Source: the human T2T-CHM13v2.0 reference genome, Homo sapiens
Assembly: GCF_009914755.1 (NCBI RefSeq)
Contig: NC_060927.1
DNA length: 64,000 bases
Strand: one strand, 5' to 3'
Shown here: positions 11,473 to 25,330 of the stretch, one piece after another
How positions within the stretch are numbered: position 1 is the first letter of the stretch
Layout of the letters: each line of letters opens with the position of its first letter
Position numbers and translations under genes: made by a program
Notes under the pieces: model-generated
Database searches by the model: none
The model's input: the letters and a program-made list of their open reading frames with translations, nothing else
Told to the model about the DNA's origin: nothing

Positions 11473-12693
11473 TCTTATGAGATTAGTTTAAAAATTGATT
11501 TCACCAGGAAGCATGAGATAAAAAATGACATGATAATTTCAGTAAATCCAGTCATTGGGGAGAATAAGAGATTTGGCTCCTAAATTACCTAGAGGGTTTA
11601 TCAAGCATCTAGCAACAGAAAATTGTTATCTTACCACTTCTCTCTGACTGCCCACGGCACATATTTGGCAGAAGAGGAGAAAAAAAAATCTTACTGACTT
11701 AGAAATAAATGAATTATCCTCCAAAAGTCTTCCATCTAAAACAAATAACAACTACATTGAAAAAGGGAGAGATATGTAAGTAAAGGAAGATACATGTAAG
11801 ACCTGCTGATGAGCTGAGTACATTACTTATCTATAGGCTGATGACAGTCATTTCAGTGAGCCTCAGCACTCCCGAACATATAAAAATAGTGCATTCATGA
11901 TAAGATCAGATCTCTGGGGCAGATTTAAAGGGAGAGATAGAGCGAGAGATCACTTGCAGTATAAGCCTCAAACCTTCACTTATGTGTGTAAGATAACTAT
12001 GAAGATTTCCTGCTAGAAAATTACTGCAGGCTGGATAAGGCAGGGTGTTTTTAACTGTTTTCCATGTACCCTATTTGTATTGTAAGTTAGCCAAAACTTT
12101 CTTTTTGTCTGCTCAAAGCATGCAGAGTCTTGATTAAATCTGTGGAATCAAACGGAGAACTAGGATTCTCAGGCTTGCTGAAACTAGAGGCCAGCGACAA
12201 TAAACATTACTGAGAAAACTTCAGCTGATTTGACACTTGGGAGTGGCTGTGAAGTTAACTCCTCCCACACTTTTCTAGATTAGGCTCAAATGCAACCATC
12301 TGCCTGTTTGAAAAGCCCATTCACTTTTCTGCCACTAAGATAGAAATTTATTAATTTCAAAACAAAGTGAAGTTTAATACAGGAAAACAGGATCGTGATC
12401 ACCATGATCACTTGCAGGGGAAAAATCTTCTGAGAACTTTCCCATGGATAATGAAAACTAAACCTCAAAATACGGTATTTAGGTAATTTTTTCATGTTCC
12501 AGCACCATATTGTTTAAATGCATTACACCTGCATTTCTGAATTTAAGCAAATAAAATGGTTGATTAATATTACTTGCAGATGTCACAAAGAAGTGATTAA
12601 ACTTCTACCATTCAGTAAGTCCTTGGAGTTGCCTAAATTTTTCTCAACCTTTTAGGAAATGTAAGCACTGTTCAAAAAAGGTGTGTTCAAACA

Positions 12694-12716
12694 GTGTGTG
12701 TGTGTGTGTGTGCGTG
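12694..12716. repeat. (GT)n microsatellite
   Basis: Seen directly. Confidence 0.95.
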
Positions 12717-12729
12717 TTACTTTTTATTA

Positions 12730-13101
<372 letters not shown>

Positions 13102-13185
13102 TTAGAGACAAAAATATATACAGAGTGCTTACTGAGTGTCAATCTCTCTTAAATATCATCTTTTTAAATTTATTAAAAATATATA

Positions 13186-13657
<472 letters not shown>

Positions 13658-14699
13658 TTACATAAACCACAGATTACTGGTGGGACTTCCGGTAAGTTAC
13701 TTAACCTCTCTCAAGGGCTAGGTTTACCACTTCATGGATTATGGATGATGCCCCAAAAGTGCCTACCAGGATGCCTGGCACACAGTAAGCTCTCTAAACC
13801 ACCACTCTTCACAGCATGTGTATGACATATGAAAGTGCGTCTTGATGAGGTTAAGTAAGGCGAAGCTGCTTTTCTTCCCCTCTAGACATTTGATTTGGAA
13901 ACCCCACAGATCCATTCCCTTTAGGACGGGAAACAGCACGTCGGGGATCGCGCTATAATCTTGTACACATCTTTCGAGTTGGCTAGTAAATTTCTGGGGC
14001 GACATTACCTAATCTTCAAGGATCAACCAGCTTCCCGGAAAGACTGCTGCCATCAGCACCCTAAGGTCTTTCTTCCCGAAAGGCCCAGCCTCTAGTCGCA
14101 GCCGTCTGGGTACCAGCAAACACACCAAATCAGTTCGCGAAGTTCAGAGGACTTGGCTCTGGTATGTTTACAAGTCCTAACAGATCGCAGGAATGTTCAG
14201 GATAATTATTACCCCACCCAGGAGCGCCCAGCCCAACCCTCTCACATCTGGAAGGAAGCGGCCACACAAAGGAGAGCGAGAGAGAGAGAGAGACCTCCTC
14301 CTGCGGCTGCTTTCTCAGGCGGGAGAAGATTTAATACACGTCTCACCCCTTTTGTGAACAAGAGCAGGCACTGTTCAGTATCCTTCAAAGCACAGGACAT
14401 CCAATGCAAGGGAAGAGTTTGTCCTCTATTCCAAACGAAATGGCATTTCTCAAAGTAGGAGCTAAAGATTATATTTATTTTTTCCTCCCCAGATGAAAAT
14501 GAAAAGTGAAATACTCCACAAAATAAGAAGCTATTCACATGCACACTGCCTCTCCAACATAGGAGCGGCTAGGATCTGAAACACCTATTTGAAAAGGGCA
14601 GCCAAACGAAACCCTTAGTGTCCTCTGCTAACTCCAGGGATTTCCCCCCCCTCTTTTCGCTGCCTTTTAGAAGTATCTCTGGGGGCCAGATCTGGGCTT

Positions 14700-15780
14700 C
14701 ATCAGCTTTTCTCCCGACCTCCCACGAACGCGCGGCAACCGAAGCACGCGGTCCCCGGCGGCGCGTTTGCAAACCCCACCAACGCCAACGCCTCGAAACC
14801 GCCAAACTTCCTGTCTCCATACCACCAAAGCGACCAAAGCGCCGTGCCAAGTGCCCCAGGGACTCCAGCGGAGGCTGCACTAGACCTCGAGCCCCAGGGC
14901 GGGGTTTTCCGCTCTCCCAAACTCCTGGGACCCGCACCTCCGCTGGGGGTCTCCAAACGTGCGCGCTGCGCCCGGGGCGCACCGGGCGCGCCCGTGGCCG
15001 CGTCTTGCGGCCTCGCCCTGGCAGCACGCTTGGGGAGCCCGGGGCGGTCGCCCACCTACCTGCTCCGCCACCTCCTCCCTGCGGCGCTCCGGGGCTGTAG
15101 ACGGCTACTTTATTGTCTCGGCTGCGCACCGCGCGGGACCTGGGGACCCGGCTCTGCGCCAGTCCTGCAAGTCCACTCTGCGCTGTGCCTTCCCCGGCGG
15201 CGGCTGCCTTCCTCTTCTTCCTCTTCCTCTCTGTCCAAGCTCCAGCTCAGCACGTGAGCTACGCAGCCCGACTCCCGGGCTCTCTGGGCAGCCAGCGCCT
15301 GCCGCATCCCCCGGCCCGGGTCTGCAGGTCGCCCCCGCCACCGCCGCTCGCCGTGCGTCCTCGCTTTGCTCCACACTTACAGCTGTGCCCCGGGCCGCCT
15401 TTCTCGCGTCCTTCCGTCCTGCCTGCCTCCTCTCGCTGTCAGCCGGGGCTTTCGGCTCCCTCTCTCCCCAGCAGCCCCCGCCCGCCGCCTCTCCGGGGGC
15501 TGGGGCGGCCGCTGCCAATGAGGCTCGGCTGATGCGCTGTTCCGGCCCAGTCATTGTATCGGGAGGGAAGGAAGGGGAGGGGGAGAGGGAGGAAGGGAGG
15601 GGGCGCCCTCGGCCCCCGCCGCACGGGGCTGCGGGCTGGGCTAGCCTTCCCCGGCAGAGAAAGGGCGCCGGTGCCAGGAGGCGCGGAGCGGTGCCTGCCA
15701 GGAGGAGGGGAAAGAGGGGGTCACCAGCCCGCGCCTCTCCATCGCTCCCTCCGACTCCTCCAAGCTCTGGGCGGAACTTG
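14700..15780. promoter_or_regulatory. CpG island promoter, main transcription predicted on the minus strand
   Basis: Dense CpG and high GC; GC box GGGGCGG 15502-15508, CCAAT 15515-15519, SOX-type CATTGT 15552-15557, E-box CACGTG 15251-15256. Strong minus-strand donors downstream and a plus-strand AATAAA at 15828-15833, consistent with U1/PAS promoter asymmetry. Confidence 0.9.
15060..15490 (-). other. Putative 5'-untranslated first exon of a leftward gene (5' end approximate)
   Basis: Donor CAG|GTAGGT (exon ends 15060); alternative donor GCT|GTAAGT (exon ends 15381); no AUG-initiated frame crosses either donor. Confidence 0.65.
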
Positions 15781-17529
15781 ATTCTGCCTCACCGGCTTCA
15801 GGCATCCCAGGACCTGAGTGCTGTTAGAATAAAGGGTATGAGGCACCGGTGGCAGAGGGAGGCGCAGAATGCACCCAGCCACCCAAGAGGGGCTGGCGAA
15901 ATGACTCCTGAGATCCCTGCAAATCTGAAACCATTGCACTTGAAGACAGAAAGAAAAAAAAAAAAAGGCGAGTCTATCCCATATCAGGCATTTATCCCTA
16001 AGAACAATTTTTGTTTTATTATGCGTTCTTTACATGAAACTCGGGAGGCTCAGAGAGGTTAGCTCAAAATAGCTGATGAGTGACAGGGCAGAGATTCCAA
16101 CTTGATCTGGTGCTGAGTGTAACACAGCAAATGGGAGAGGAAGGAGAGGAAAGGAGGATTCTTCATGAACGACTTCCTATTGAGAGTTTTTATATTCTCT
16201 TCAAATGAGCTGACAAGGAGAGAACCAAAGGTGATCCGACAGGGCTGGGAGAAAATATTTCCCAAACAGCCTTAAATGTATGTCCCGTGACCAGACTTCA
16301 CTTCTCCATACACCGTGAATTAATTTTTCTCTACACACTATGAATTAATTTATTTTAAAAAGCAAATCCATTTTTAAAAATAATTGTCTCACAACTACAC
16401 AATCACATAGCTTTGGATTTTTGTTGAAAATTAAATTGATTTATCCAATATCAATATTTTAAAGACTCCACAGTTTCTGTGACCGTGGTTTTGGCCTTTC
16501 TTCCTCCTTCTCCTCCAACTTCCCCTACCCGTCTTTCTCCCCCTTCCTCCCTTCCTTTTTGACAGGTCACCAGCCTAGAAAAAGAATGGGGGCACGGGGC
16601 ATCTTGATTTCACAGGCCCTGGTGTAGCTGCTACTGACATGAGGGAGCAAGTAGCAAGCAAGATCTGAAGTAGTAAAGGTTCAAGATAGCATGTTGCGGA
16701 ATATTGTATGTGTGCAGAATGAGGTTTAATTACATTTGCTTCTGATGTTGAATGGATTGTTTGCTTTTAATTAAATAGAATATATTGAATGAATAGCTAA
16801 CATTTATTGAGTGGTAATTACACGCCCGGCCTCCCCACCCTGTCCCCAAGACTTGAGCTAAATAAGCACTTCTCTTGGCATCATCTTATTGCGTTCTCCT
16901 GGGAGAATGGGAGTGGACTGAAAGCCCCCTGTGGCCAGGGTCTATGTTCGCCTTGTTCAGCATCAGGCACATAGCAATGGCTATTCAGTGTCAGTTGAGT
17001 TAAGGGAGCCCTGTTTTACTAAGGAGGAACCTGAGGCTCTGAGAGGTTAGTTGACCTGCCTGATAGTATGAAACTAGAAAGTGGCAGTGCCTATCTATAA
17101 ATGCAGGTCTGGTAACTCGCTACCCGTTGCACAATACAATCTATTCAACAGGTATTGGAGCATAAGGACCCCAGGTAGGGGAGTGATGCAATGAATAATG
17201 GTTTGCCCAGTGCTCACAAATGCCACAATTTCTCCAGAGAGAAAATAAATACATGTAGCATAGTCATTAGAAAACACTACAGAGTGTAGGGCAAAATGGA
17301 ACAATGCAGGTAAAATGCCCAGCTTAAGGCTGGGCATCTAAGAAGTGTGTGGCATTTATTATGTTTGGGGAAAAAACTGGATACAGACTATTACATGAAA
17401 ATGCAATGTAAGAGATGTCAGAAAGGTTTATCTTTATTGGTGAGAGTAGTCCAGAAGAATTTCCTTGAAGATGTGGGATATTTACTGGATTTTCTTGGAG
17501 CAAAGGGGCTTTGGCTTAAAAATGGGGGC

Positions 17530-17740
17530 TCCAGGTTTGTTCTATGTGGGTTTGAAGCCCAGCTTTTCAAAATACTCAGCCTTTCTAGGCTTCATTTTCT
17601 TTTTCTGTTAAACAGGGTTAATAATAATGCATTACTTACAGGGGTATTGTAAGGATTAAATTAGTTAATATGTGGAAAGCATTTGGAATAGTGCCTCATG
17701 CATGATAAATGCTTAATAAATACTAGCTATTATTATTAAA
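17530..17740. mobile_element. MIR
   Basis: GGGTATTGTAAGGATTAAATTAGTTAATATGTGGAAAGCATTTGGAATAGTGCCT. Confidence 0.75.
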
Positions 17741-17780
17741 GGACAGAGGCTGATTTCTTTCCAAATTCCATCTTCTGAAA

Positions 17781-17851
17781 AATAAATATTTATAGAATAA
17801 ATATTTATAGAATAAATATTTATAGAATAAATATTTATGGAATATTTATGG
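17781..17851. repeat. 15-bp minisatellite (AATAAATATTTATAG)x~4.7
   Basis: Three perfect units, one variant unit and one partial unit. Confidence 0.95.
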
Positions 17852-17924
17852 AAAACAGCAAAATTAAAACCACAACACAATTGAACCTGCAAAAACTTTT
17901 TTTCCTTTATTTTATCCTAATATA

Positions 17925-18100
17925 GAATTATCAACCTGGCTGCATATTAGAGTTCTGGGGATGTTTTTTCTTTATTTGTTTGTTTGTTTTCAATACTGGA
18001 AACAATTATATTAGAATCTCTGGGGGTGGAGTTTGGGCATCAGGATTTTCTTAAAGCTTTGTAGGTGAAATCATTATACAGTAGGGATTGGAATCACCGA
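17925..18100. mobile_element. MER5A-like
   Basis: AACCTGGCTGCATATTAGA...TTAGAATCTCTGGGGGTGG. Confidence 0.6.
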
Positions 18101-18569
18101 AATGTCCATAGGATGTCCGTAGGAACTACCTGAAACCTACTCATGGACTACGTATTTGGATTCTGTATTATAGACTTGGCTGCAGGAACCACATCCAGAG
18201 GGAAAACAACACATCCTTTACTTTTTGTGTGACTAGTAAATACCTAACTCTAGGATAGGTACTATGCCAAAACAAACAAACAAACACACAAAAAACTGCA
18301 ACAAACAAGATAAAGGAAATGAGGTTTGTCATTCAGAAGCTCATAATTTAGTTGTTGTGATGAGACAAATATACATGGACAAAGTGACAGCAAGGAGGAT
18401 GAAGAGGAAACAATTCTGTCTTGAAATATATAATTTCCAGGTGAAAAATCAGGGCCCACACACTGCTGTATATATAATAAAATAGTTTTGATGCAAGAGG
18501 GTGTTAGAAATTCCCCAGACCCCCATTTCAAGCCCTCAGTCTTATACAGTATGAAGGAGTGTGACATGA

Positions 18570-19101
<532 letters not shown>

Positions 19102-20233
19102 TTAAAAATGTACATGCAAACACAAAACATACAAGTCATCTATTATATTGATATGCCATAATTTATTCACCCAAGCCAATTAGTTATCTTTGATTTTTAT
19201 TTTTCTTTTATGTACAATTTTAAAACCAAGGTTAAAAGGAGGTCATATCATTCCTACAGCACTATCATTTTCTTCAGAGTGTTTCTGCCTTTCAAAGATT
19301 TCCTGCTGGTTATTCAAATATGGGATAAGAGCATATATACCGCTTGCATATTTTATAGCTAAAGGCTTGTGAGTGGGCAGACGTTCATTAATTTGTAACA
19401 AGAACCCGTGCTCATGTTCATTAAGTGTTTTGCACATGTGGTCTCATTTTATTAGTGACCCTGTGAAGTAATCACCCTTTTTCACTCCATTCTACACATG
19501 AGAAAATTAACCCAGACAGGTGAAATGACTTGCTCATGGTCCTATAACTAGCAAGTCAGTAGCTACAATTTGATCCCAGGTCTCTTTGACCCAGCGGGAA
19601 TGAAGGTCTAGCCCGCCATGCCAGGAGACACATGGTACTTTTGTTGTGAATATAATGACTTGGGTAGATCTCAGTGATTTCTGGATTTTCAACAGACTAA
19701 AAAAAATTGAATCACAATAATATTGAACATGTAAAAAAAACCATACTTGTTGCTACTCAGGGTCAATTGTTGTGTTTTCTTTCTAAAGCACTCTTTAGAT
19801 AACTAAGAACAGCCATCCATTGATATACTTCAAGATATTTTGCTACTTCTTAAAGCGTACCATTGCAGCATATATTTCTGTGTGAGCCCTAGATATACTC
19901 TGCACCTTGACGACACAACACACTGTAATCAACAAAAAGGAGGCCCATTATTTCATACCTCCATGGGATGTTCATCATCACTGATGCCTCATCTTTCTAT
20001 TTAAGCCCAGGGCCTTGAGATGAAATTAAAGCTTTTTTTTCACTAACCTAACCAAGGCTGATGTGTTTTATGCTCAAATGTAGCACAAAATTATTAGGTC
20101 ATTATCTCCAATCTTTGAATATGTAAATAAACATAAAATAAGGCTTTTTCAAAGTGTACTAATTATGATACCCTGAAATTAAAACAAAATAAGAAAACTT
20201 GAATAATTATGTTTAAACATAGACAGAAAGATC

Positions 20234-20309
20234 ATTGGTTAAATCACAGGAAATTGTGTTTCTGTGGATTAAAGGTCAAATATTGGCAACTTCATGGGGT
20301 TCAACCTAA
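20234..20309. mobile_element. MADE2-like mariner MITE
   Basis: TTGGTTAAATCACAGGAAATTG...GGCAACTTCATGGGGTTCAACCTAA; degenerate TIRs, ~80 bp. Confidence 0.65.
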
Positions 20310-21297
20310 CATGAAGCTGTTGCTGATTTAGCTGTGACTATGAACGTGTGTCATGAGGCTAACTGTGGTTGCACTTGCTTCCCGATTATGGAAGTAATAT
20401 AATTGAATGAGAACCTTGTGATCATGCATACATAACTGTCTTTCGAGGGCACACCACTAAGCACTTCTTATATGTGAAAATGCTTTTTAATAATGTTCTT
20501 TTGGCACTTAGCCAGCTAAAATGCCTTGGCGAGAGGCCGGTGCCACAGTCCAGCTCCATCGTGGATAGCCTGAGGGCTGGCAGTTCAGTGGAATCTTAAA
20601 TCAGAGTATTCAGAGACTATCAAATTTCCTTCCAAAAAGCAAGGACACTCCACAGGAACTAAAACAAATGCTCTTTTTTTTTTTTTTGTAGCCATGTTAC
20701 CTAATCACAAGGATCCCAAACTGATTAGAGTAAATAATTTGGTAATTATATTGGGAAAGACTCCTTTTCACTGGAGAGGTTGCAAACTGCCATGGGTTTT
20801 GGTTTGTATAGTGTTTTCTAAGTTGCTAGTGATTAAAAATTGGAGATTTCCACATAAACATCTGGATTTGTGTGTGGGTGTGCCTGAGTGTATTTAGAGG
20901 GAAGATTCCAAATGCAACCTACACCATTTGATGTTATTCCATTATTTCTAAAAATAGATTTTAATTTTTAGAAATTTATAGAAAAAGTGCCAATTTTCTA
21001 TAAACATAAGTCCCTTTAAAAATTAGACCCCCTTTTCATAATTCTAGGATTATTTCATCAAAAATGCATTATTTTCTTTAAAAATGAATAAAACAGGGAA
21101 ACAAAAGTCCCATGAACTCATCAGGGTTTTCCTGGCAACTCCAGACGTGAATAGAAGAGCTCTTCCAGTTTGATTGTGGCCTTCACACAGTTTTCTTATG
21201 CCTGTTTCAGTTTAGGTATTCTGTTGACTTTCTCTAACACCTTTTTCTCTTAGTATCAAGAAATTATACAACTTGAAGGAATTTAGAAAACTTTTGG

Positions 21298-21652
21298 TCT
21301 GAGGGTTACAAGTTCAAATGCTTAGGTCAGGCAACAACTCATGTGCAGAGGGTCAGATGTATGTCAATAGGGAATAGTGGCGACTACGGCAATTGGAGAG
21401 CACGTGCCCTGTCTACAGGTGCCCCCACCCCCACTCAGTAACAATCTATTGTTGAGACAACAGTGTTGCCAGAATTGCTTTTCAAGAGAGGCCAGAAATG
21501 TGGATTTTTATGAATATCTCTTGATTATAAAATGTTGACGGCTAATTTGAAGCCATTTTTAAATACATACGAACAAGCCATTTTTAAATAAATACAAGCA
21601 AAACCATATCTACTGGCCCCATATGACTTAAGAGCCTCCAGTTTGTGGCTGC
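21298..21652 (+). mobile_element. MER102-like
   Basis: CAGTGTTGCCAGA...TTTTCAAGAGAGGCCAGAAATGTGGATTTTTATG; contains an internal ~25-bp duplication at 21551-21598. Confidence 0.7.
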
Positions 21653-22344
21653 TGATAGATTCCAACCTCTTCATTGCGCAGATCAGGAAACTGAGGCCCA
21701 GAGAGTGAATGTGATTTGCCTAAGAGTAAAAAGTAATAGTACAGGAGGTAGAACCTTGTCTACTTGGCTTCTATCCTAGGGCTTTTCCAATACAAACATC
21801 TGCTTCTATTTGCTTGCTAAGATTTAAATGATGTTCCTAATTACATGATTTCAAACATTGTACATTGTTAAAAAATAACAATATTCATTGGCTTTGGAGC
21901 ACACAATTTACAATAAGTGGTTTTTCAGCCACATGATCACATAGTCTAAATTGCTTCTAACATTTATAAGGCCAACATAATTCTACTTCCATTCATCTAC
22001 TAAGAAAACTTTATTCATCTCTACTTCCCTATACTTCTTCTCCCTTCAACTGGTTACTAAATCTGGCCAAATGTGGAGAAAAAGTAAAATATTTAAGAAG
22101 AACCAGGTTGACTACTCTACCATGAATAAGAACTAAGTGGGGAGAAAAAGAAAAATACACTTGTGAACCAGTGACTGTAAAAACTAAGCCATGCATTTAA
22201 AATGTTTCAGGGCAGTTTGCTTATTTTGCCAAAGCAAACAAAATACACACAGTAATCTTGTAAGAACCTGAGCACACTTCAGCAAAGAAGTGGAGATAAT
22301 TTTTCTAAGAGTTTCGGTAACTGAAAACTTCCATTATATGTCTG

Positions 22345-22900
22345 AGATTGTTTTTATTTTTTCTTTTTCAGAAAAATTTAAAAACAGAATAGTTCAGAAT
22401 AGATGATAACAAACTTCCCTACAGCTACTATTCAGGATTGTCCATTGTCCTTTGTTTTTCATCGGACAAAATAAAAAACTTTACAGAAAAGCTGAAGTTC
22501 CCTTTGTTCCTTATTACCAACTTTATTCTTATTTCCAACTCCCCAGAAGTAACCATTATCATGAAGTTTGTATCAATCCTTCCAAATTTTTGCATGGATA
22601 TACATACCCATGAATATGATATAGTTTTGTTATTTACATTTTTAAATGTACATACATGGTATCATACTATATATAACGTACCAGAGCCTGTGTGTTTCAT
22701 CTAATAACAGCCTATCAAAAATCTATCCATCTGACCTAAATCAGATCAAGTAAAAAAATAAGTAAATAAATAAATAAAAATTAAAAATCTATCCAAGTTG
22801 ATGAATATGGACCTAGTTCATTCCTTTTAGCCACTTTATGATATTTTATATTTTATTTGTTCATGTCAGTAGATGGCTGCTAGGCCATTTTCAATATATG
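22345..22900 (-). mobile_element. Old L1 (L1ME-like) 3' fragment
   Basis: CCCCAGAAGTAACCATTATCATGAAGTTTG...ATCTATCCAAGTTGATG...TAGTTCATTCCTTTTAG. Confidence 0.6.
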
Positions 22901-23445
22901 AGTCATTTGATTTTAAAATATTTAAAGTAGGAACTAATTTTCCAGAAAAGGTTGACAATCAGTATTAAGCCAGTAGTTTATTACACTATCCAAAGTGTAA
23001 GGAGAAAGATATTCTATACTTTCTTCTAGACCCAGGACTCCTGGCCCTCTAGTATGTCAGGCAGTTCATTGGCCCCATTGTATGGAAAATTTGTTATGAA
23101 TGATAATTTTCTGAAAAGAGGGTTGATAGCTCTTATGAGATTAAAATCTATCTGTGCCAACCCCCAAAATAAAGAATAACTATTTTTAAATGTCTTCCAC
23201 TCACCATGGGAAATAATCATAGTGATTACTTCTGCAGTTCTGCTTTTTTTCCACGATTTTTGAATGAATTGCCATCTTTTATTTTGGCTTACAATTAAAT
23301 TAAATTCAACAGTTAAGCAATGAAAATGCACTGAATATCAGTACATGGGACAAGTGCCAGTAGCAGGGACACGAACAAGTCAAGAAAAGCCCTGTGTTTC
23401 ACTAACACAAAAGTCTGGTGAGAAAGGTAATGTCAAAGCCAATGT

Positions 23446-23660
23446 AGAGTTTCTCAAAAGGGTGGCTCTATTGACACTTTTCCTGGATAACGATTTTTGC
23501 TGTTGGGGCTGTCCTATGCATGATGGGATGTTTCACAGCACCCCTGGCCTCTGCCTACTAGATGCAGTAGCCTCTACTCACAAGTCGTGACAACCAAAAA
23601 TATCTCCAAGCTCTCTCAAATGTTTCCCAGGAGGCAAATCTACCCGGCTCAGAACCACTA
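23446..23660 (+). mobile_element. MER20
   Basis: GGGGCTGTCCTATGCAT...CCCTGGCCTCTGCCTACTAGATGC...GTGACAACCAAAAATATCTCCA. Confidence 0.85.
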
Positions 23661-24559
23661 GCTTAATATGATGAGCAATGCCAAAGAGAAGTATGGGTTT
23701 CAGTCTGTAAAATGCTTCCTTGAATGAGCAGTCTGTGCAAAACAGAGGCATAAGTTCATGCAGGGGAGGAAACACTGATTGGAGTACTCACAGAAGGATG
23801 TTCTTGTCTTGGCAATGCCACAAATTATTTTATGACCTTGGTCAAGTTATTCAATCTCTGTACAACAGGATGGTTGGATACATCTAGCTCTAAAATTCTA
23901 CAGTATCCTTGACGTCTGAGTCCTTGGTGAATTATCAGAAAGGGTGTGAGGGACTAATATTTGGAAGCTGCTGCTATTTTGGGAAAAATAAACACAGAAA
24001 AGTGCTCTGCTAAGTATACCATGTCATCCAAAGCAACCTTTTTATTAGAAAACATAGCTTCTGGATACATTTGCCACATTGCTTCTTTTTAAATGATCTT
24101 GCCAATTGATTTCCTCATTATAAAGCAATCTTGTAGACTCTATTAACAGGAATTGCTGGCTGTTTATCTCTCTTGCAAAGTTGGTCTTCAAGAAATGGGG
24201 CCAGATTTATAATCAATGACATTTTTTAAGAGTTCTTTCTCTTAGCCACAGAACACATACGGCCAACGAAAGCTTCTCTAGACAACTCAATCAATGTGAT
24301 CTTGGGTGAATTGTCCTGAAAAATACAGTAATGCCAGTTCCACTAACAATATATCTTTGATTTCTGCTGTGTCAGTGATGATATGGGCACAAGTTCATTT
24401 GTGCCTAAATAAATACCAGAAACAGGAATCATTAAAGCAACTGCTTAATAGCTCTGGCTTTTAGTTCTTAATCTTATCAGGATTCCAAACGGACAGAAAG
24501 GAGATTTGGCACTGAACATTCTCAAACTCTCCCCTGTGGTAACTTATTGTATATGCTGC

Positions 24560-25330
24560 CATGCTATCCCTGCCTGAAAGCCATTTCCCTCAGGTCTTTG
24601 CTTGGCTGACTCTTTCTTTTCATTTAGGGACCAGCACAAAGTTCACTTCTTCAGAGAGTATTGCCCTGCCCACCCTGAAGAAACTAACCGTCCACATTGT
24701 CTACCTTAATTGTTTAGGTTTTTATTGACTGCCTTCCCTTACCATAAAATAAGCTCCATACACATCAGGGGCTTTTTTGACTATCGTTCATTGCTGTATC
24801 ATCAGCACCTGAACAGAATTGACACCCAGTAGAGATTCACTAAGTACTTCTTGGAATTAAATGCTGCCCCTTCCCTCTTTGCTTAGCTAACTCCTATTAA
24901 TCACTGGGACCTCAGTTCAGATAGCATGGCCTCAGGAAAATCTTTCCTGGTGATCCAAGGCCTGTTAAATCGCCCAATACACTCTGGATAATAGCATAAA
25001 TCTCTTTCTCCTCTTGACACTTTCTTGGTTCTCATTCAGGGCTGACTTTGTCCCCCAGGGAACATTTGACAATATCTGGAGAAATGTTGGTGGACACAAC
25101 TGGGGAGGAGGAGTGCAGTGGTTACTACTGTCACCCAGTGGGTAGAGGCCAGAAATACTGTCATACATACGATCATGCACACAAGGGCCTCTCAACAACA
25201 AGGAATTATCCAGCCCCACGTGTCAGTACTCCTGAAGTTGAGAAACCCTACCCTAAACAGATTGGCAATTTTATATTCATTTGTGTAATTCTTTGCTTAA
25301 TGTCTGTCTCCCCTACTAGACTATAAAATA
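24560..25330 (+). mobile_element. L2 fragments (second one interrupted by MER20)
   Basis: TTCATTGCTGTATCATCAGCACCTGAACAG; TGTCTGTCTCCCCTACTAGACTATAA. Confidence 0.6.
25025..25250 (-). mobile_element. MER20
   Basis: TTTGTCCCCCAGGGAACATTTGACAATATCTGGAGA...GGGTAGAGGCCAG...GTTGAGAAACCCT. Confidence 0.85.

Noticed and set aside
14700-15780. Assigning the gene symbol FRMD4B to the promoter
   Set aside because: Only a vague recollection; no coding exon in the window to confirm it. A BLAT search would settle it
14959-16062. 367-aa plus-strand ORF and overlapping ORFs in the CpG island
   Set aside because: Non-ATG starts, low-complexity Ala/Pro/Arg/Gly content and open frames on both strands, as expected from GC-rich DNA
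17781-17851. CRISPR-like array
   Set aside because: Head-to-tail repeats without spacers, in eukaryotic DNA
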